From Macrostomum hystrix (taxonomy: Eukaryota > Animalia > Platyhelminthes), in contig CATNEN010000001.1 in assembly GCA_950097015.1 (NCBI GenBank), forward strand, positions 13,516,001-13,580,000: a stretch of 64,000 bases of DNA, written 5' to 3'. Below, piece by piece: positions 12,225-24,475 of this stretch. The translations under genes were made by a program, and so were the position numbers. Numbering within the stretch: position 1 is the first letter of the stretch; each line of letters starts with the position of its first letter. The notes beneath the pieces were generated by a model. That model ran no database searches, was not told the origin of the DNA, and was given only the letters and a program-made list of their open reading frames with translations.

Positions 12225-15200
12225 TCAACCCTGGATTTGGAGTCGGTTCTGCCTGTTGATTTGTCCCCGCCTCAGGGTAGCCCACAGGACATTGAGGATG
12301 GGGACTCGGCCCGGAGCGCGAGGCAGCTCCGGCTCGATGTGGAAGCCGTGCAGCCGAGCTGCTCTCATCTTGAGCAGCCAGGCCACACCGAGCTGTTTGA
12401 CTCTGGCCGAGAGCATTGGCATGCCGGCCATTTTGTGAAGGTACTCGGTGCTCAGGTAGGAAGGCACACCGTAGCAGATTCGCAGAGCAAGGTTCTGGAT
12501 CTTTTGTAGCTTGATCTGGTTGGTGACGCAGATCAGAGTCAAGATTGGGGCGCCGTAGGTGAGAGCGCTCTCACCGTAGGCCCTGTACAGCATCTTGAGA
12601 GTGACGCTGCTCAGTTTGGTGATCTTGGCGATGCGGCACAGGGACATGACAATGGCCCTGCACGTGTTCGCCATGTTGTCGACGTGTTTGTTCAAACAAA
12701 GATTGGCGTCGAGGAGGACACCTAGAAATTTTACTTCCTGACAGTAGGGGACCTCCGTCTGTCCCAGCTGCAGTTTGGGTCGCAAGTTGGCGCGAGCTTT
12801 CGGCTTGTAGTTGAAGGCGATGGCCTTGCTCTTGTGGGCATTCAGTCTGATGCCTTGCTTTCCGCACCACTCCCAGACTTGTCTGAGGTAGCTCTGGAGG
12901 CATGTCCGCAGACCATCAAAGGTGTCTGCGGAGGCCCAGATGGCCATGTCGTCAGCAAATTGACTGCGTTTCACGTTTGGATTTTCAGGAATCGGCTTTG
13001 TGCTGACGTACAGCAGGTACAGGAGAGGACTCAAGATGCCTCCCTGAGGTACGCCAGCTAGGATTCTGATCAGCTCACTGAGCGAGTTGTTGACTCGCAC
13101 CTGGATGTACCTGTTCCTGAGGTAGTCAGACAGGATGCGCGTCAGCATCGAAGGAAAGCCAGCGTTGAGCATGCGGCTCCTGAGCATGTCGTGCCAGGCA
13201 GAGTCAAAGGCCGCCTCTACATCAAGGAAGACTGCAGCGGCCCTCTTTGCTTTGCACTTTGCGACCATCATGTCCTGCACCAGTCGGCACAGGTTGTCGT
13301 AGGTGGAGTGGACTTTGCGATAAGCGCATTGGTCATCGCCAAGAATGTTCTTGTCCTCAAGGTATTTGGAGAGTCTCTTGGCAATCAGCTTCTCAAACAC
13401 CTTGCCTAAGCAAGAGGTCAGGCTGATTGGCCTGTACGAGTTTGGATTGTCTGGCGGTTTGTCAGGCTTCGGGATCATTGTCACCACAGCTTTCTTCCAA
13501 GCGCTGGGGAAGATCCCTTGACTGAAGCAGGCGTTAAAGAGTTTGGTGATCCTGGTGTTCGCCACGCCTTCAAGGCCGAGGGTTTGAGCACTCGATTGGG
13601 AATCTTATCCAGCCCGGGTGCTCCATCAGGCTTGAGGTGCTCAAGCTCCCACACTGTGTCGGCTACAGTGAATGCGGCTTCAAGCGGGTGAGTGGCTATG
13701 CCATTGATGTCGGCCGGAATCGGATAGAAAGCGATGAACTTGGCCACTTCGGCCACCTCCTGTTTGAGCTGCTCGCAAGTGGATGGGACTGGGCGCATCT
13801 TTGAGTCCAGAGTGGCAGCGAGAAGGTTCGCTTTCTCCAGATCAGTGTGCGCACTGGTTTGACCCGAAGTGAGGGTTGGAATGGAGCTGGGCTTGAACTT
13901 GCCCATCAGCTTCCTGGTGTCATGCCAGAAGTTCTTGACCTTGCTGTTCTTGCTGTTCTCGACAACATTCTCACACAGCTTGGTGAGCTTGCCGCTCTGG
14001 AAGGAAGTGATTTCCCTTTTGATCCTGTTGGCCATTTGGTTGGCCAGCCTTTTAAAGTTTTCATCCCCGGTGCTGTTGAAGAGGCGTCTGAGTCGTCGGC
14101 GCTCTTTGATCAGCTCAAGGATGTGCTTGGGCAGAGCATTTCGGCCACCACAGTCTGGCACAGTCGACTCAATGACCGTGTGGATGGCCTTTGTGATGAG
14201 CTCGACCTCGGCGTCGATTTGCTGAGCACTCGATAGGCGAGTCGGCTGGTCAGGAAGAAGGGCTTCACTAATTCTCAGCCTGAACTGATCCCAGTCGGTT
14301 TTGGAAAAGTTTTTCGGCTTAGCGGGACCTGCCCACTTTGCCGACTGAATGTTGAGGGTGAGGATGATTGGCAGGTGGTCGCTGTCCAGGTCAGGACCGA
14401 CTGCAAAGTCCTGCACAAAGGGCAGAAAGTCCTCCGTGGCCAGGCCGAGGTCCAAGACATTCCTGGAAGTGACGCCATTCTTGGTGGCGATTCTGGTGAA
14501 CTGGCCAACTTGATTGAGGATGGTGGGCGAGGCCAGACCTTCAGAGAGCCAGTCGTACAGCTCATGGCCAGCCCTGTTGTTGCTGCTGTCACCGCCAAGG
14601 AAGCGATGTCTGGCATTGAGGTCGCCAAGGAGAACACTGCGTCTGCGCGAGACCAGGCTCTTGAGTAGGTTCAGGTTCAGGTGGTAAGGTGCCGGAGACC
14701 TGTACACCAGAGCCAGATTAAAGTCGGCACCGTGGGAGTTGTCAGACAGGCTGACAGTGCAGGAGATGGCTTCATGGTTCACATTGTCGTAGTGCAAGCG
14801 AACATTTGTGAGTTTGACGCGCGGTGAGTGAGCAAGGAGCAGGCCGCGTCTGACATGCGGAGTGTCGTATCGGATGATGGAGTAGCCAGGGATCTGGACC
14901 GTGTGCGAACTCTTGAGAATGGTTTCAGAGAAGAGAGCAATGTCTATCTCTTGACTAATGACCCATTGGGTGAGTTCTCTGCTTTTCGGGTGAAACCCTC
15001 TGCAGTTGAGGTGCATAATTTTCAGACCCGTTGTCTGGGTAATAGGGTTCCCATTTAAATTGAGGAATTTACAGTTTTCTGGTTTAGCTGCCTGGGCCCA
15101 CGACCACGGTGGCGGTGGAGGCCATGCCAGACACGTCCTGGAGGACAGCCCGCACAATGTCCTCAACCATTTTACTGGTCGATTCCACTGTGAGGAGCTC

Positions 15201-15229
15201 ACCAGGCGGCCTGGACAGGGCCCGCACAA
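12225..15229 (-). CDS. Unit B ORF2: APE endonuclease + reverse transcriptase, split by a frameshift near 13585
   Basis: APE motifs HLNCRG, SET, YRSP, GDLNARH, LDL, SDHLPI; RT motifs YRPISLTSCLGKVFEK, FLDVEAAFD, GVPQGGILSPLLY, FADD, KFLGV. Confidence 0.9.
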
Positions 15230-15811
15230 TCACCTGGGTCAGAGAGCGGGTGATCAGGGGCAACAGCATGCTCACCATCTGCTTCAAGTCAGTCTGCTGC
15301 TGCTGTTGCTGCTGTGGCTCACTGCCAGCATCCAGGGAGGGTGCAGCCTCATTGGCGCTCGTGCACCTGGCGCTGACAGTCTCGGCAGCCGGTCGGCTCC
15401 TGGCATCATCGTTGCTGATGAACAGCGGCCGGATGGCGGCATTGACGGGCACGTTGCGGCGGCCTTGGCGCATCAGCCAGCCACTGTCCGAAGCGTCGGA
15501 CATGTCGGCGGGCGCACTCGAGGCAGGCGGAGCATCCGTAGCCGCGGCTTCCGCAGCTCGCGCCGCAGCAGCTTTGGCCTCAGCTGCCGCCTTCGTCGCC
15601 TTGGCGTGCTCCTCCTGCGCAACAGTGCAGGCTCGGCTGGTCGTGAGGTGCTGACCACCGCAGTTGGAGCATGTCGCCGGGCCTTCGTGCTGGCAGTCCT
15701 TCCAGGCATGCGAGCCGCCGCAGATTCGGCATCGCAGCTCCGCCTGGCACTGGGCCGCACGGTGGCCAAACTGCTGGCAGCGCTGGCACTGCAGGGCGCG
15801 GACCGGCTCGT

Positions 15812-18788
15812 GTGTGTGTGTGTTGGTTCAGATCCCTCGCTAGGCATACGGGGGGCGCGCCAGCGCGCCCGACGCCTCGACGAAGGCCCGCACCCCTTCT
15901 GGGTCGTTCTGCAGGGGGGACATAGAGCCGTTGATAGCCTCTGGGATGTGAAGCCGGCGCTCCTCCGCCCACCTGGGGCAGTCTAACAGGAAATGCCGGG
16001 TGTCTTCTTCGGGGGCATTGCAGTGCGGGCAGGCAGCGGTTGGGTCGCGGCCCCAACGATGCCGGGTGGCCTGCAGGAAGGGCGCCCGGTTGGCCCGAAG
16101 CTGGTACAGCGCCACCTCGGCCGTCCGCGGCCAGCCTGGCCGGTGGATGAACTGCGCTCCGCCGCAGAGCCTGTGGGGGTGGTCCGCCGGAACTAGCTGA
16201 TTATACTCAGCCAGTTCGGCCGCTCGTCCCTGGCGACGGAGGGCGGCCCTGGCGGCCGACACGGGGACAGGCTGGGGGTCTTGCTGCATGGCGGACCCTC
16301 TCCGGGCCAGCTCATCGGCGGCCTCGTTAAGCGCAAGGCCTGCATGCCCTGGGATCCAGATGACCGTTGGCCTGTGCTCGCTGGCCAGCTGTTGGAGCAG
16401 GATCGCGGCTTGCGCGGTGGCGTGGTCTTGCAGGCACTTGGTCGAGGACTGCAGCCGCTGGAACAGGGCTCGTGAGTCGAACAGCAGCCAGATCGCCGAG
16501 CTCGGCTTCCCCCGAAGGAGACCGAGGGCTGCCTCGAGCCCCGCCGCCGCCGCGGCCGCTTCTGAAGTGGTCGAACTGGTCCACCGTCCGGTCGGGATAC
16601 TGCCCTTGACGTCGGGGCCGATAGCATTACGCCGGATGATGTAGCCTCCACCGCCATTTCTGAAGCCTTCTTCCGCCGCCCCGTCTGTCCAGACTTCGAG
16701 GTACGGCGGGTCGCTCCGGCGAAGGGAGTCCAGCAGTTCTAAGGCCCTCGCGCGTCGGACCTCCGGGGGCTCCTCGCGCCCAGCATCCGCCGCAGCGAAG
16801 CGGGCCGAGTGATGAGGGGTCCACGGCCGGTGCAGGCAGGAGAGCGGAACGCACCCCTCAATGTTCCGCGCGTGACATCCCGCCTCCTCCAGGGCCGCAA
16901 GCGCCGTCTCTCTCCAGCACCCGCGGGTCCCGCCCCCTCTCGACCGCAGTCTCGTCGTGTTCGGCGGGGGGTCGGTTAGCTTCCGCAGCGGGTGGCCCTC
17001 GCTGAACTGGCGGCATCGCAGGTAGAGCTCAGCCGCCCGAATCCGGCAAATGATGTCCAGGGGCTGTAGCCCGGCGTCCGCGATCAGCGCAGCAGCCCGG
17101 GCACCGGGACTGACACCGGTGATGGCCCGGGCCGCGGCGTAATTCATCGATTCCAACCGCTCCCGGTGGGTACGAGCCAGAAAAGGCCACCACACCTCCG
17201 CCGCGTACAGCCCCGCCGGGCGAACGTAGCCGCAGTAGAGCCGACGAAGCGTATCAGCGTCAGCTCCCCACCGGCGGGAAGCCACAGCCCGCAGGGCGTT
17301 GAGCCGGCTCCGCATGGCAGCCAGCGCGCGACGGGCCTGCTCGGCGAAGGTGACCTGGGAGTCCACGAACACCCCCAGGATGCGCGCCTCCTTCCGGCAG
17401 CTGATCGTCTGCCCACCGACCTGGAGCTGAACAGAGTTGCGGAAGGCCTCGGTATTCTCCACGGGATGGGTACTCACCAGCAGGGCCTCGGTCTTGTTTG
17501 GGGCCAGTTCGAAGTGATGCTGCTGGCACCAGGTTTCTGCCGCTTCCAGCGCTTGTTGCATGTTCTCCGCCGCTGCCGCCGCAGTGCCCGCCGACGTCTT
17601 GATGGACAGGTCATCGGCGTATTGCAGCGGCTTACAGAGCGGGGCGGCGGACTGGATGGCGTCTGGCAGGGTACAGGTCGCAATGTTGAATAGCAGCGGG
17701 GACAACGGACTGCCTTGCGGGACTCCCTCCTTCAGGATCTTGGGCCGGCTCATGCTATCAACCCAGCGCACTCGAGCTCTCCGGTCAGCCAGAAACGCGC
17801 GGATCCAGCGCAGCCACCGTCCCGGGGCGCTCGCTCGAGCCAGTTGCCGCAGCACCCCGAGGCGCCAGGTTCGGTCAAAAGCAGCGAAGAAGTCGATCGC
17901 TGCCACCAGGGTCCTCGTCATCGGCCGCGTCTGCAGGTCGTCAAAGGCCGGCTGGGCCAGCTGCGCTAGGGCGTCAACCGTGCTGCGGCTGGCGCGAAAC
18001 CCGGACTGCGCGTCCGGGAGCAGGCCGATCTCCTCCGCCCAGGCCGCCAGCCTGCGCTGCACCATCGCTTCTAACGTCTTCCCGACACAGCTGAGCAGCG
18101 AGACAGGTCGGAAGGATGCCGGGTCGCTCTTGGGCTTGCCCTTCTTGGCAATGGGCGTGATGATGGCCGTGCGCCAGCCCGAAGGAACCTTGCCCTCCAA
18201 CCAGCTCCGGTTGAGCAGGGAGAGCAGGGCGACCCGTCCGATCGACGGGAGGTTTTGAAGAAAAGCCGGGAGAACTCCGTCTTGACCCGGCGCCTTCCCC
18301 TCGATCTCCCTCAGAACGACGTCCAGCTCTGCCAGGTGGAACGGGGTGGACCGCAGGTCGTCCGTCTCGTTCTGCAGAGCGCGGCGGACCTCCCTCCTGG
18401 CAGCCTGCTGATCTGTCTTCGGAACGCGGAGTCGGCTTGCCTCCGCATAGGTCGCCATCGCCATGTCTGCCTTCTCCCGGTCAGAGGTCGCGGTCTTGTT
18501 GCCCTTGCGGAGCGGGGTGTCAGGGAGCGGCTCATGCGCTCGGCCATCGAGGGCCCTGATGGTGTTCCAGACCTTGTTGTCTGGGGACCTGGCCGACAGC
18601 TCCGCGACGAAACCTTGCCAGGACTCGGTCTTCGCCTGTTGGTACACTCGGTCGGCTTGGTCGCGGGCAGCGCGGTACCTCGCCGCGGCTTCCAAGTCCC
18701 CTGGCGCGGCTCTGGCTGCCGCTAAGGCGCCGCGAGTGGCGCCCTGGGCCCGTCTGCATCGCTCGTCCCACCAGCTCTTGGCCGGAAC
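15812..18788 (-). mobile_element. Nested 5'-truncated I-group non-LTR retrotransposon (RT, RNase H, CCHC finger) with (CA)n tail
   Basis: 13-bp TSD cggaccggctcgt at 15799-15811 and 18789-18801, present once at the empty site in unit A (25039-25051); (TG)n at 15811-15822 is the tail. Confidence 0.93.
15840..18788 (-). CDS. Nested LINE ORF2 fragment: RT, RNase H, C-terminal CCHC zinc finger
   Basis: Frame open from the 5' junction (KSWWDERC linker); FRPVSLLSC, GVPQGSPLSP, YADD; RNase H motifs WTDGA, SEA, FDS, WIPGHAG..NEAADELA; CPHC...HFLLDC. Confidence 0.92.
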   Translation of the reverse strand, partial: VPAKSWWDERCRRAQGATRGALAAARAAPGDLEAAARYRAARDQADRVYQQAKTESWQGFVAELSARSPDNKVWNTIRALDGRAHEPLPDTPLRKGNKTATSDREKADMAMATYAEASRLRVPKTDQQAARREVRRALQNETDDLRSTPFHLAELDVVLREIEGKAPGQDGVLPAFLQNLPSIGRVALLSLLNRSWLEGKVPSGWRTAIITPIAKKGKPKSDPASFRPVSLLSCVGKTLEAMVQRRLAAWAEEIGLLPDAQSGFRASRSTVDALAQLAQPAFDDLQTRPMTRTLVAAIDFFAAFDRTWRLGVLRQLARASAPGRWLRWIRAFLADRRARVRWVDSMSRPKILKEGVPQGSPLSPLLFNIATCTLPDAIQSAAPLCKPLQYADDLSIKTSAGTAAAAAENMQQALEAAETWCQQHHFELAPNKTEALLVSTHPVENTEAFRNSVQLQVGGQTISCRKEARILGVFVDSQVTFAEQARRALAAMRSRLNALRAVASRRWGADADTLRRLYCGYVRPAGLYAAEVWWPFLARTHRERLESMNYAAARAITGVSPGARAAALIADAGLQPLDIICRIRAAELYLRCRQFSEGHPLRKLTDPPPNTTRLRSRGGGTRGCWRETALAALEEAGCHARNIEGCVPLSCLHRPWTPHHSARFAAADAGREEPPEVRRARALELLDSLRRSDPPYLEVWTDGAAEEGFRNGGGGYIIRRNAIGPDVKGSIPTGRWTSSTTSEAAAAAAGLEAALGLLRGKPSSAIWLLFDSRALFQRLQSSTKCLQDHATAQAAILLQQLASEHRPTVIWIPGHAGLALNEAADELARRGSAMQQDPQPVPVSAARAALRRQGRAAELAEYNQLVPADHPHRLCGGAQFIHRPGWPRTAEVALYQLRANRAPFLQATRHRWGRDPTAACPHCNAPEEDTRHFLLDCPRWAEERRLHIPEAINGSMSPLQNDPEGVRAFVEASGALARPPYA

Positions 18789-20975
18789 CGGACCGGCTCG
18801 TCGGTGCGGCTCTCTTCGCAGCTGAACTTCAGAAAGTCAGTGCAGATGCCTTCGCGAAGGCACTGGTCGAATGTGGCTCTCGACTTCGTAAAGATGCGCA
18901 TGTACCGGGTGGCCTGCCCGGATGTTCGCGCACGGATCCGATGCACACTCGTGATGTCGAGCTTCAAGGACTCGCGGAGCATGCTGGCGAATTCGGCCTC
19001 CGTGAAGGAAAACGGCACGTCGAGCGCTACAAAGGTGAGTAGTGACTGCTGCCGTACTCTGTCAGCGCCAGTCCGGTTGTCCAGCGGCCGTGATCGTGCT
19101 GGTCGACGCTCGACACGGTGGCCGAGGAGGCTGTCCTGACGCAGAGCACCGCCTAGGAAGACGTTGTAATCCCGCTCAGTGGCCGGGAATACTAGGTAGG
19201 CGGGCTGATTGGCCATCTCGGCTGTGTTGACGGCACGGGCATCGCCGGCAAAGTTGGCCTGCAGCCAGGTGATGAAGGCCACCAGCTTGCCCGCCGCGTT
19301 TCGGTGAACTTCAAAGACCACCGGTGGAATGGCAGCTTGGGGTCTTCGCAATGGAGCGCGGGCCGAAGCCACCTGCGCATAGGGCCGCGCTGTCGCATCC
19401 TGGGTCGTTGAAGCCGCCGCCGCCGACGCCGCCGACGAACCCGTCACCGCGGTTGCCGACGCTGCCGCCGCACCAGCCGCCGCACCTCGGCCGCCGCCGC
19501 CACCTCGCGTGCCTCGCTGTCTGCCGCCGCCGCCACCGCGGCTGCCTCGCTGCTGACCGCCGCCGCCGCGCTGACCACGTGCGCCGCGCTGACCACCGCC
19601 GCCGCGCTCTGCCTGCTGGTCCTTGGGCTGGCCTGGGTTGCCTTGCCGGTCGCTGAAGGGACCGCAGTCCAGTGGCTGGCTGTAGGTTGGGTCGTCGGTC
19701 GCCGCCCTCTTGCGCCGCAGCTCCGGCTTGGTGACGCGGAACGTCAGCGAGATGCGGACGCCGGTCTGAGTGCGAGCTGCAGGCACCTGATGCTGCAGCC
19801 GCTTCTGGCAGTTACCTCCCATCAGGATCAGCGATCCGGGGAGCGTCGGAAATCGGTGCGTGACGTTGCCGTCACGTCGACGCAACATAAAAGTGCGCTC
19901 AGCGCCGAAAGACACTGTCGCTATAGTCGGCTTGTCACCGAGCTCCTCCTCGTCATCCGCATGCCACGGAATCCGGTCTTCTGGCTCGGTGTAGAAGTTC
20001 ACCAGAACGGAGTTGAACTTCGGGACCTCGAGCCCAGCATCGTCGTAAAGGAAGTCACGAATGTCTTCGATTACTGGATGCCAGGTTTGATTTTCCTTCA
20101 GCTCAACCCCGCTGTAGGTGTACGCCGGGCCGATCCAGAAGACACGGCGCTGCTCGTGCGGGCGATGACGGAAGGCGAGTGGGAGCACGTCTGCCATCAG
20201 GCGCTGGTATATTTGGTCAGCGACCTCGCCAAGAAAGTAGGGCGCGTAGACGATGGTGCAGTCGCCCGCGTAGGTCGTCTGCTGGCACTCGCTGAAGTCC
20301 GGCTCGTCAGGGAAGACGATCTGCGAGATGTCGGCGTCTGACTGTGCAGCGGTGGGCTTCGGAATTGTCGTCAGGGCACTTGCCGTCGACTCGGATGCTG
20401 TTGGCGCTGGCGCAAGTGCTGCCGCAGCCTCAGTCTGTTGAGCAGCCGTCTCGGCTGCCTCGGCTTCATCGACGGACATTCTGTCGGCCGTCTCGTTTGA
20501 GTCCGCAGTCGCGGGGGCCGCAGTCACTGCTGGAGGCTCGTCTTCGACTATCACTAGCCGACCTTCTGGTGGGCTGAGCGAGCCGCGGTCTTGGGTGCTG
20601 GTTGCCGGTTCAGAGGTCTCGCTGGCCGGCATCGGAGTCGACATCAGCGCTGTCGCGACCTTCGGCTGCAGCTTGCGACTGGCGTCTTCGGTGCGGCCGT
20701 ACCGATGCTCGAGCGAGGGGCGGCCGTCGTGTTTTTTTGAAGTTGTGGCGCGATTCGCAGCCATATGGCGTGATTTCTCACTGGTGCAAGGTAAACAAAA
20801 TAAGCAAAGGGGGCAGGTGGCACACAAAGTGCGCACTCAAGGGAGGGGGTGGGGGACTGCTAGACTAAAACTAAAACTACAAGTACAGGGGGAGAGAGAG
20901 ACTGCAAAAATAAAACTAAAACAGGTGAGAATGTACAAAGGGCACTATCGGGAGCTTACTGGTGTACTTTAAAAG

Positions 20976-21047
20976 TACCCCCTTCTAGGAATGGGGTTGC
21001 ACAAATCAAGGAACACTCAATGAATGTACCTCTCCACGGAAATCTTT
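20976..21047 (-). ncRNA. 3' half (72 nt) of U5 snRNA heading unit B
   Basis: Identical to 27244-27315; directly follows the AACAAC tail of unit A. Confidence 0.88.
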
Positions 21048-21470
21048 GTTGTTAAAACGAATTCCCCAAAGGACTGGGGCGCGGATCAGTTTCGAAAAAC
21101 TCTACCGCTGAATTTTAAGATATATTTAACCGAATTTATTAAAAATTTACAAGCGATTCGATTTAGATTATTTTATACGGATATCAAACATAGAAATTAG
21201 TAAATAATTAGTAAATAAGTAAATAAATGGATAATAAATATTTTAATAAAAAAATAAATATAAAAGCTTGCAGTTTGTGAGCAAAGAGCAAAAGTGACAA
21301 TACAGCCATTGGTACTCATAGGCAATAAAAGACATTAAGTCAGTAGGATAAGAGCGTAAAAAATGGAATGACAGAGCAGCTGAGCACTGCTCACCAGCCC
21401 ACTAAAGCCCAGGCAGCTATTTAAATTTTATTTTGGTTTTTCTTTCAGGGCCATAGTTGTCAGAGACTGC

Positions 21471-24400
21471 TCAACCCTGGATTTGGAGTCGGTTCTGCCT
21501 GTTGATTTGTCCCCGCCTCAGGGTAGCCCACAGGACATTGAGGATGGGGACTCGGCCCGGAGCGCGAGGCAGCTCCGGCTCGATGTGGAAGCCGTGCAGC
21601 CGAGCTGCTCTCATCTTGAGCAGCCAGGCCACACCGAGCTGTTTGACTCTGGCCGAGAGCATTGGCATGCCGGCCATTTTGTGAAGGTACTCGGTGCTCA
21701 GGTAGGAAGGCACACCGTAGCAGATTCGCAGAGCAAGGTTCTGGATCTTTTGTAGCTTGATCTGGTTGGTGACGCAGATCAGAGTCAAGATTGGGGCGCC
21801 GTAGGTGAGAGCGCTCTCACCGTAGGCCCTGTACAGCATCTTGAGAGTGACGCTGCTCAGTTTGGTGATCTTGGCGATGCGGCACAGGGACATGACAATG
21901 GCCCTGCACGTGTTCGCCATGTTGTCGACGTGTTTGTTCAAACAAAGATTGGCGTCGAGGAGGACACCTAGAAATTTTACTTCCTGACAGTAGGGGACCT
22001 CCGTCTGTCCCAGCTGCAGTTTGGGTCGCAAGTTGGCGCGAGCTTTCGGCTTGTAGTTGAAGGCGATGGCCTTGCTCTTGTGGGCATTCAGTCTGATGCC
22101 TTGCTTTCCGCACCACTCCCAGACTTGTCTGAGGTAGCTCTGGAGGCATGTCCGCAGACCATCAAAGGTGTCTGCGGAGGCCCAGATGGCCATGTCGTCA
22201 GCAAATTGACTGCGTTTCACGTTTGGATTTTCAGGAATCGGCTTTGTGCTGACGTACAGCAGGTACAGGAGAGGACTCAAGATGCCTCCCTGAGGTACGC
22301 CAGCTAGGATTCTGATCAGCTCACTGAGCGAGTTGTTGACTCGCACCTGGATGTACCTGTTCCTGAGGTAGTCAGACAGGATGCGCGTCAGCATCGAAGG
22401 AAAGCCAGCGTTGAGCATGCGGCTCCTGAGCATGTCGTGCCAGGCAGAGTCAAAGGCCGCCTCTACATCAAGGAAGACTGCAGCGGCCCTCTTTGCTTTG
22501 CACTTTGCGACCATCATGTCCTGCACCAGTCGGCACAGGTTGTCGTAGGTGGAGTGGACTTTGCGATAAGCGCATTGGTCATCGCCAAGAATGTTCTTGT
22601 CCTCAAGGTATTTGGAGAGTCTCTTGGCAATCAGCTTCTCAAACACCTTGCCTAAGCAAGAGGTCAGGCTGATTGGCCTGTACGAGTTTGGATTGTCTGG
22701 CGGTTTGTCAGGCTTCGGGATCATTGTCACCACAGCTTTCTTCCAAGCGCTGGGGAAGATCCCTTGACTGAAGCAGGCGTTAAAGAGTTTGGTGATCCTG
22801 GTGTTCGCCACGCCTTCAAGGCCGAGGGTTTGAGCACTCGATTGGGAATCTTATCCAGCCCGGGTGCTCCATCAGGCTTGAGGTGCTCAAGCTCCCACAC
22901 TGTGTCGGCTACAGTGAATGCGGCTTCAAGCGGGTGAGTGGCTATGCCATTGATGTCGGCCGGAATCGGATAGAAAGCGATGAACTTGGCCACTTCGGCC
23001 ACCTCCTGTTTGAGCTGCTCGCAAGTGGATGGGACTGGGCGCATCTTTGAGTCCAGAGTGGCAGCGAGAAGGTTCGCTTTCTCCAGATCAGTGTGCGCAC
23101 TGGTTTGACCCGAAGTGAGGGTTGGAATGGAGCTGGGCTTGAACTTGCCCATCAGCTTCCTGGTGTCATGCCAGAAGTTCTTGACCTTGCTGTTCTTGCT
23201 GTTCTCGACAACATTCTCACACAGCTTGGTGAGCTTGCCGCTCTGGAAGGAAGTGATTTCCCTTTTGATCCTGTTGGCCATTTGGTTGGCCAGCCTTTTA
23301 AAGTTTTCATCCCCGGTGCTGTTGAAGAGGCGTCTGAGTCGTCGGCGCTCTTTGATCAGCTCAAGGATGTGCTTGGGCAGAGCATTTCGGCCACCACAGT
23401 CTGGCACAGTCGACTCAATGACCGTGTGGATGGCCTTTGTGATGAGCTCGACCTCGGCGTCGATTTGCTGAGCACTCGATAGGCGAGTCGGCTGGTCAGG
23501 AAGAAGGGCTTCACTAATTCTCAGCCTGAACTGATCCCAGTCGGTTTTGGAAAAGTTTTTCGGCTTAGCGGGACCTGCCCACTTTGCCGACTGAATGTTG
23601 AGGGTGAGGATGATTGGCAGGTGGTCGCTGTCCAGGTCGGGACCGACTGCAAAGTCCTGCACAAAGGGCAGAAAGTCCTCCGTGGCCAGGCCGAGGTCCA
23701 AGACATTCCTGGAAGTGACGCCATTTTTGGTGGCGATTCTGGTGAACTGGCCAACTTGATTGAGGATGGTGGGCGAGGCCAGACCTTCAGAGAGCCAGTC
23801 GTACAGCTCATGGCCAGCCCTGTTGTTGCTGCTGTCACCGCCAAGGAAGCGGTGTCTGGCATTGAGGTCGCCAAGGAGAACACTGCGTCTGCGCGAGACC
23901 AGGCTCTTGAGCAGGTTCAGGTTCAGGTGGTAAGGTGCCGGAGACCTGTACACCAGAGCCAGATTAAAGTCGGCACCGTGGGAGTTGTCAGACAGGCTGA
24001 CGGTGCAGGAGATGGCTTCATGGTTCACATTGTCGTAGTGCAAGCGAACATTTGTGAGTTTCACGCGCGGTGAGTGAGCAAGGAGCAGGCCGCGTCTGAC
24101 TTGCGGAGTGTCGTACCGGATGATGGAGTAGCCAGGGATCTGGACCGTGTGCGAACTCTTGAGAATGGTTTCAGAGAAGAGAGCAATGTCTATCTCTTGA
24201 CTAATGACCCATTGGGTGAGTTCTCTGCTTTTCGGGTGAAACCCTCTGCAGTTGAGGTGCATAATTTTCAGACCCGTTGTCTGGGTAATAGGGTTCCCAT
24301 TTAAATTGAGGAATTTACAGTTTTCTGGTTTAGCTGCCTGGGCCCACGACCACGGTGGCGGTGGAGGCCATGCCAGACACGTCCTGGAGGACAGCCCGCA

Positions 24401-24475
24401 CAATGTCCTCAACCATTTTACTGGTCGATTCCACTGTGAGGAGCTCACCAGGCGGCCTGGACAGGGCCCGCACAA
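21471..24475 (-). CDS. Unit A ORF2: APE endonuclease + reverse transcriptase, same frameshift near 22831
   Basis: ORFs 22727-24475 (APE) and 21471-22811 (RT); same motifs as unit B. Confidence 0.9.

Larger units (their letters stand above)
15084..20764 (-). pseudogene. Unit B ORF1 (AlkB domain + zinc knuckles), disrupted by the nested LINE
   Basis: The 5' part (20764-18789) and 3' part (15798-15084) rejoin into the unit A ORF1 when the insert and one TSD copy are removed. Confidence 0.88.
11802..21047 (-). mobile_element. Unit B: full-length Jockey-like non-LTR retrotransposon, ORF1 interrupted by a nested LINE
   Basis: Near-identical to unit A (RT ORF offset 9246 bp); AACAAC tail at 11807-11802 joined to the U5 3' half. 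Confidence 0.93.

Noticed and set aside
15006-15986. Plus-strand ORFs antisense to the LINE ORFs (also 24252-25343 and others)
   Set aside because: Shadow ORFs of GC-rich coding sequence with no recognisable motifs.
20840-21047. LTR interpretation of the direct repeats at ~11.6-11.8, 20.8-21.0 and 27.1-27.3 kb
   Set aside because: No TG...CA ends, PBS, protease or integrase; the element has APE-RT and a simple-repeat tail. The repeats are the 5' ends of tandem LINE units.
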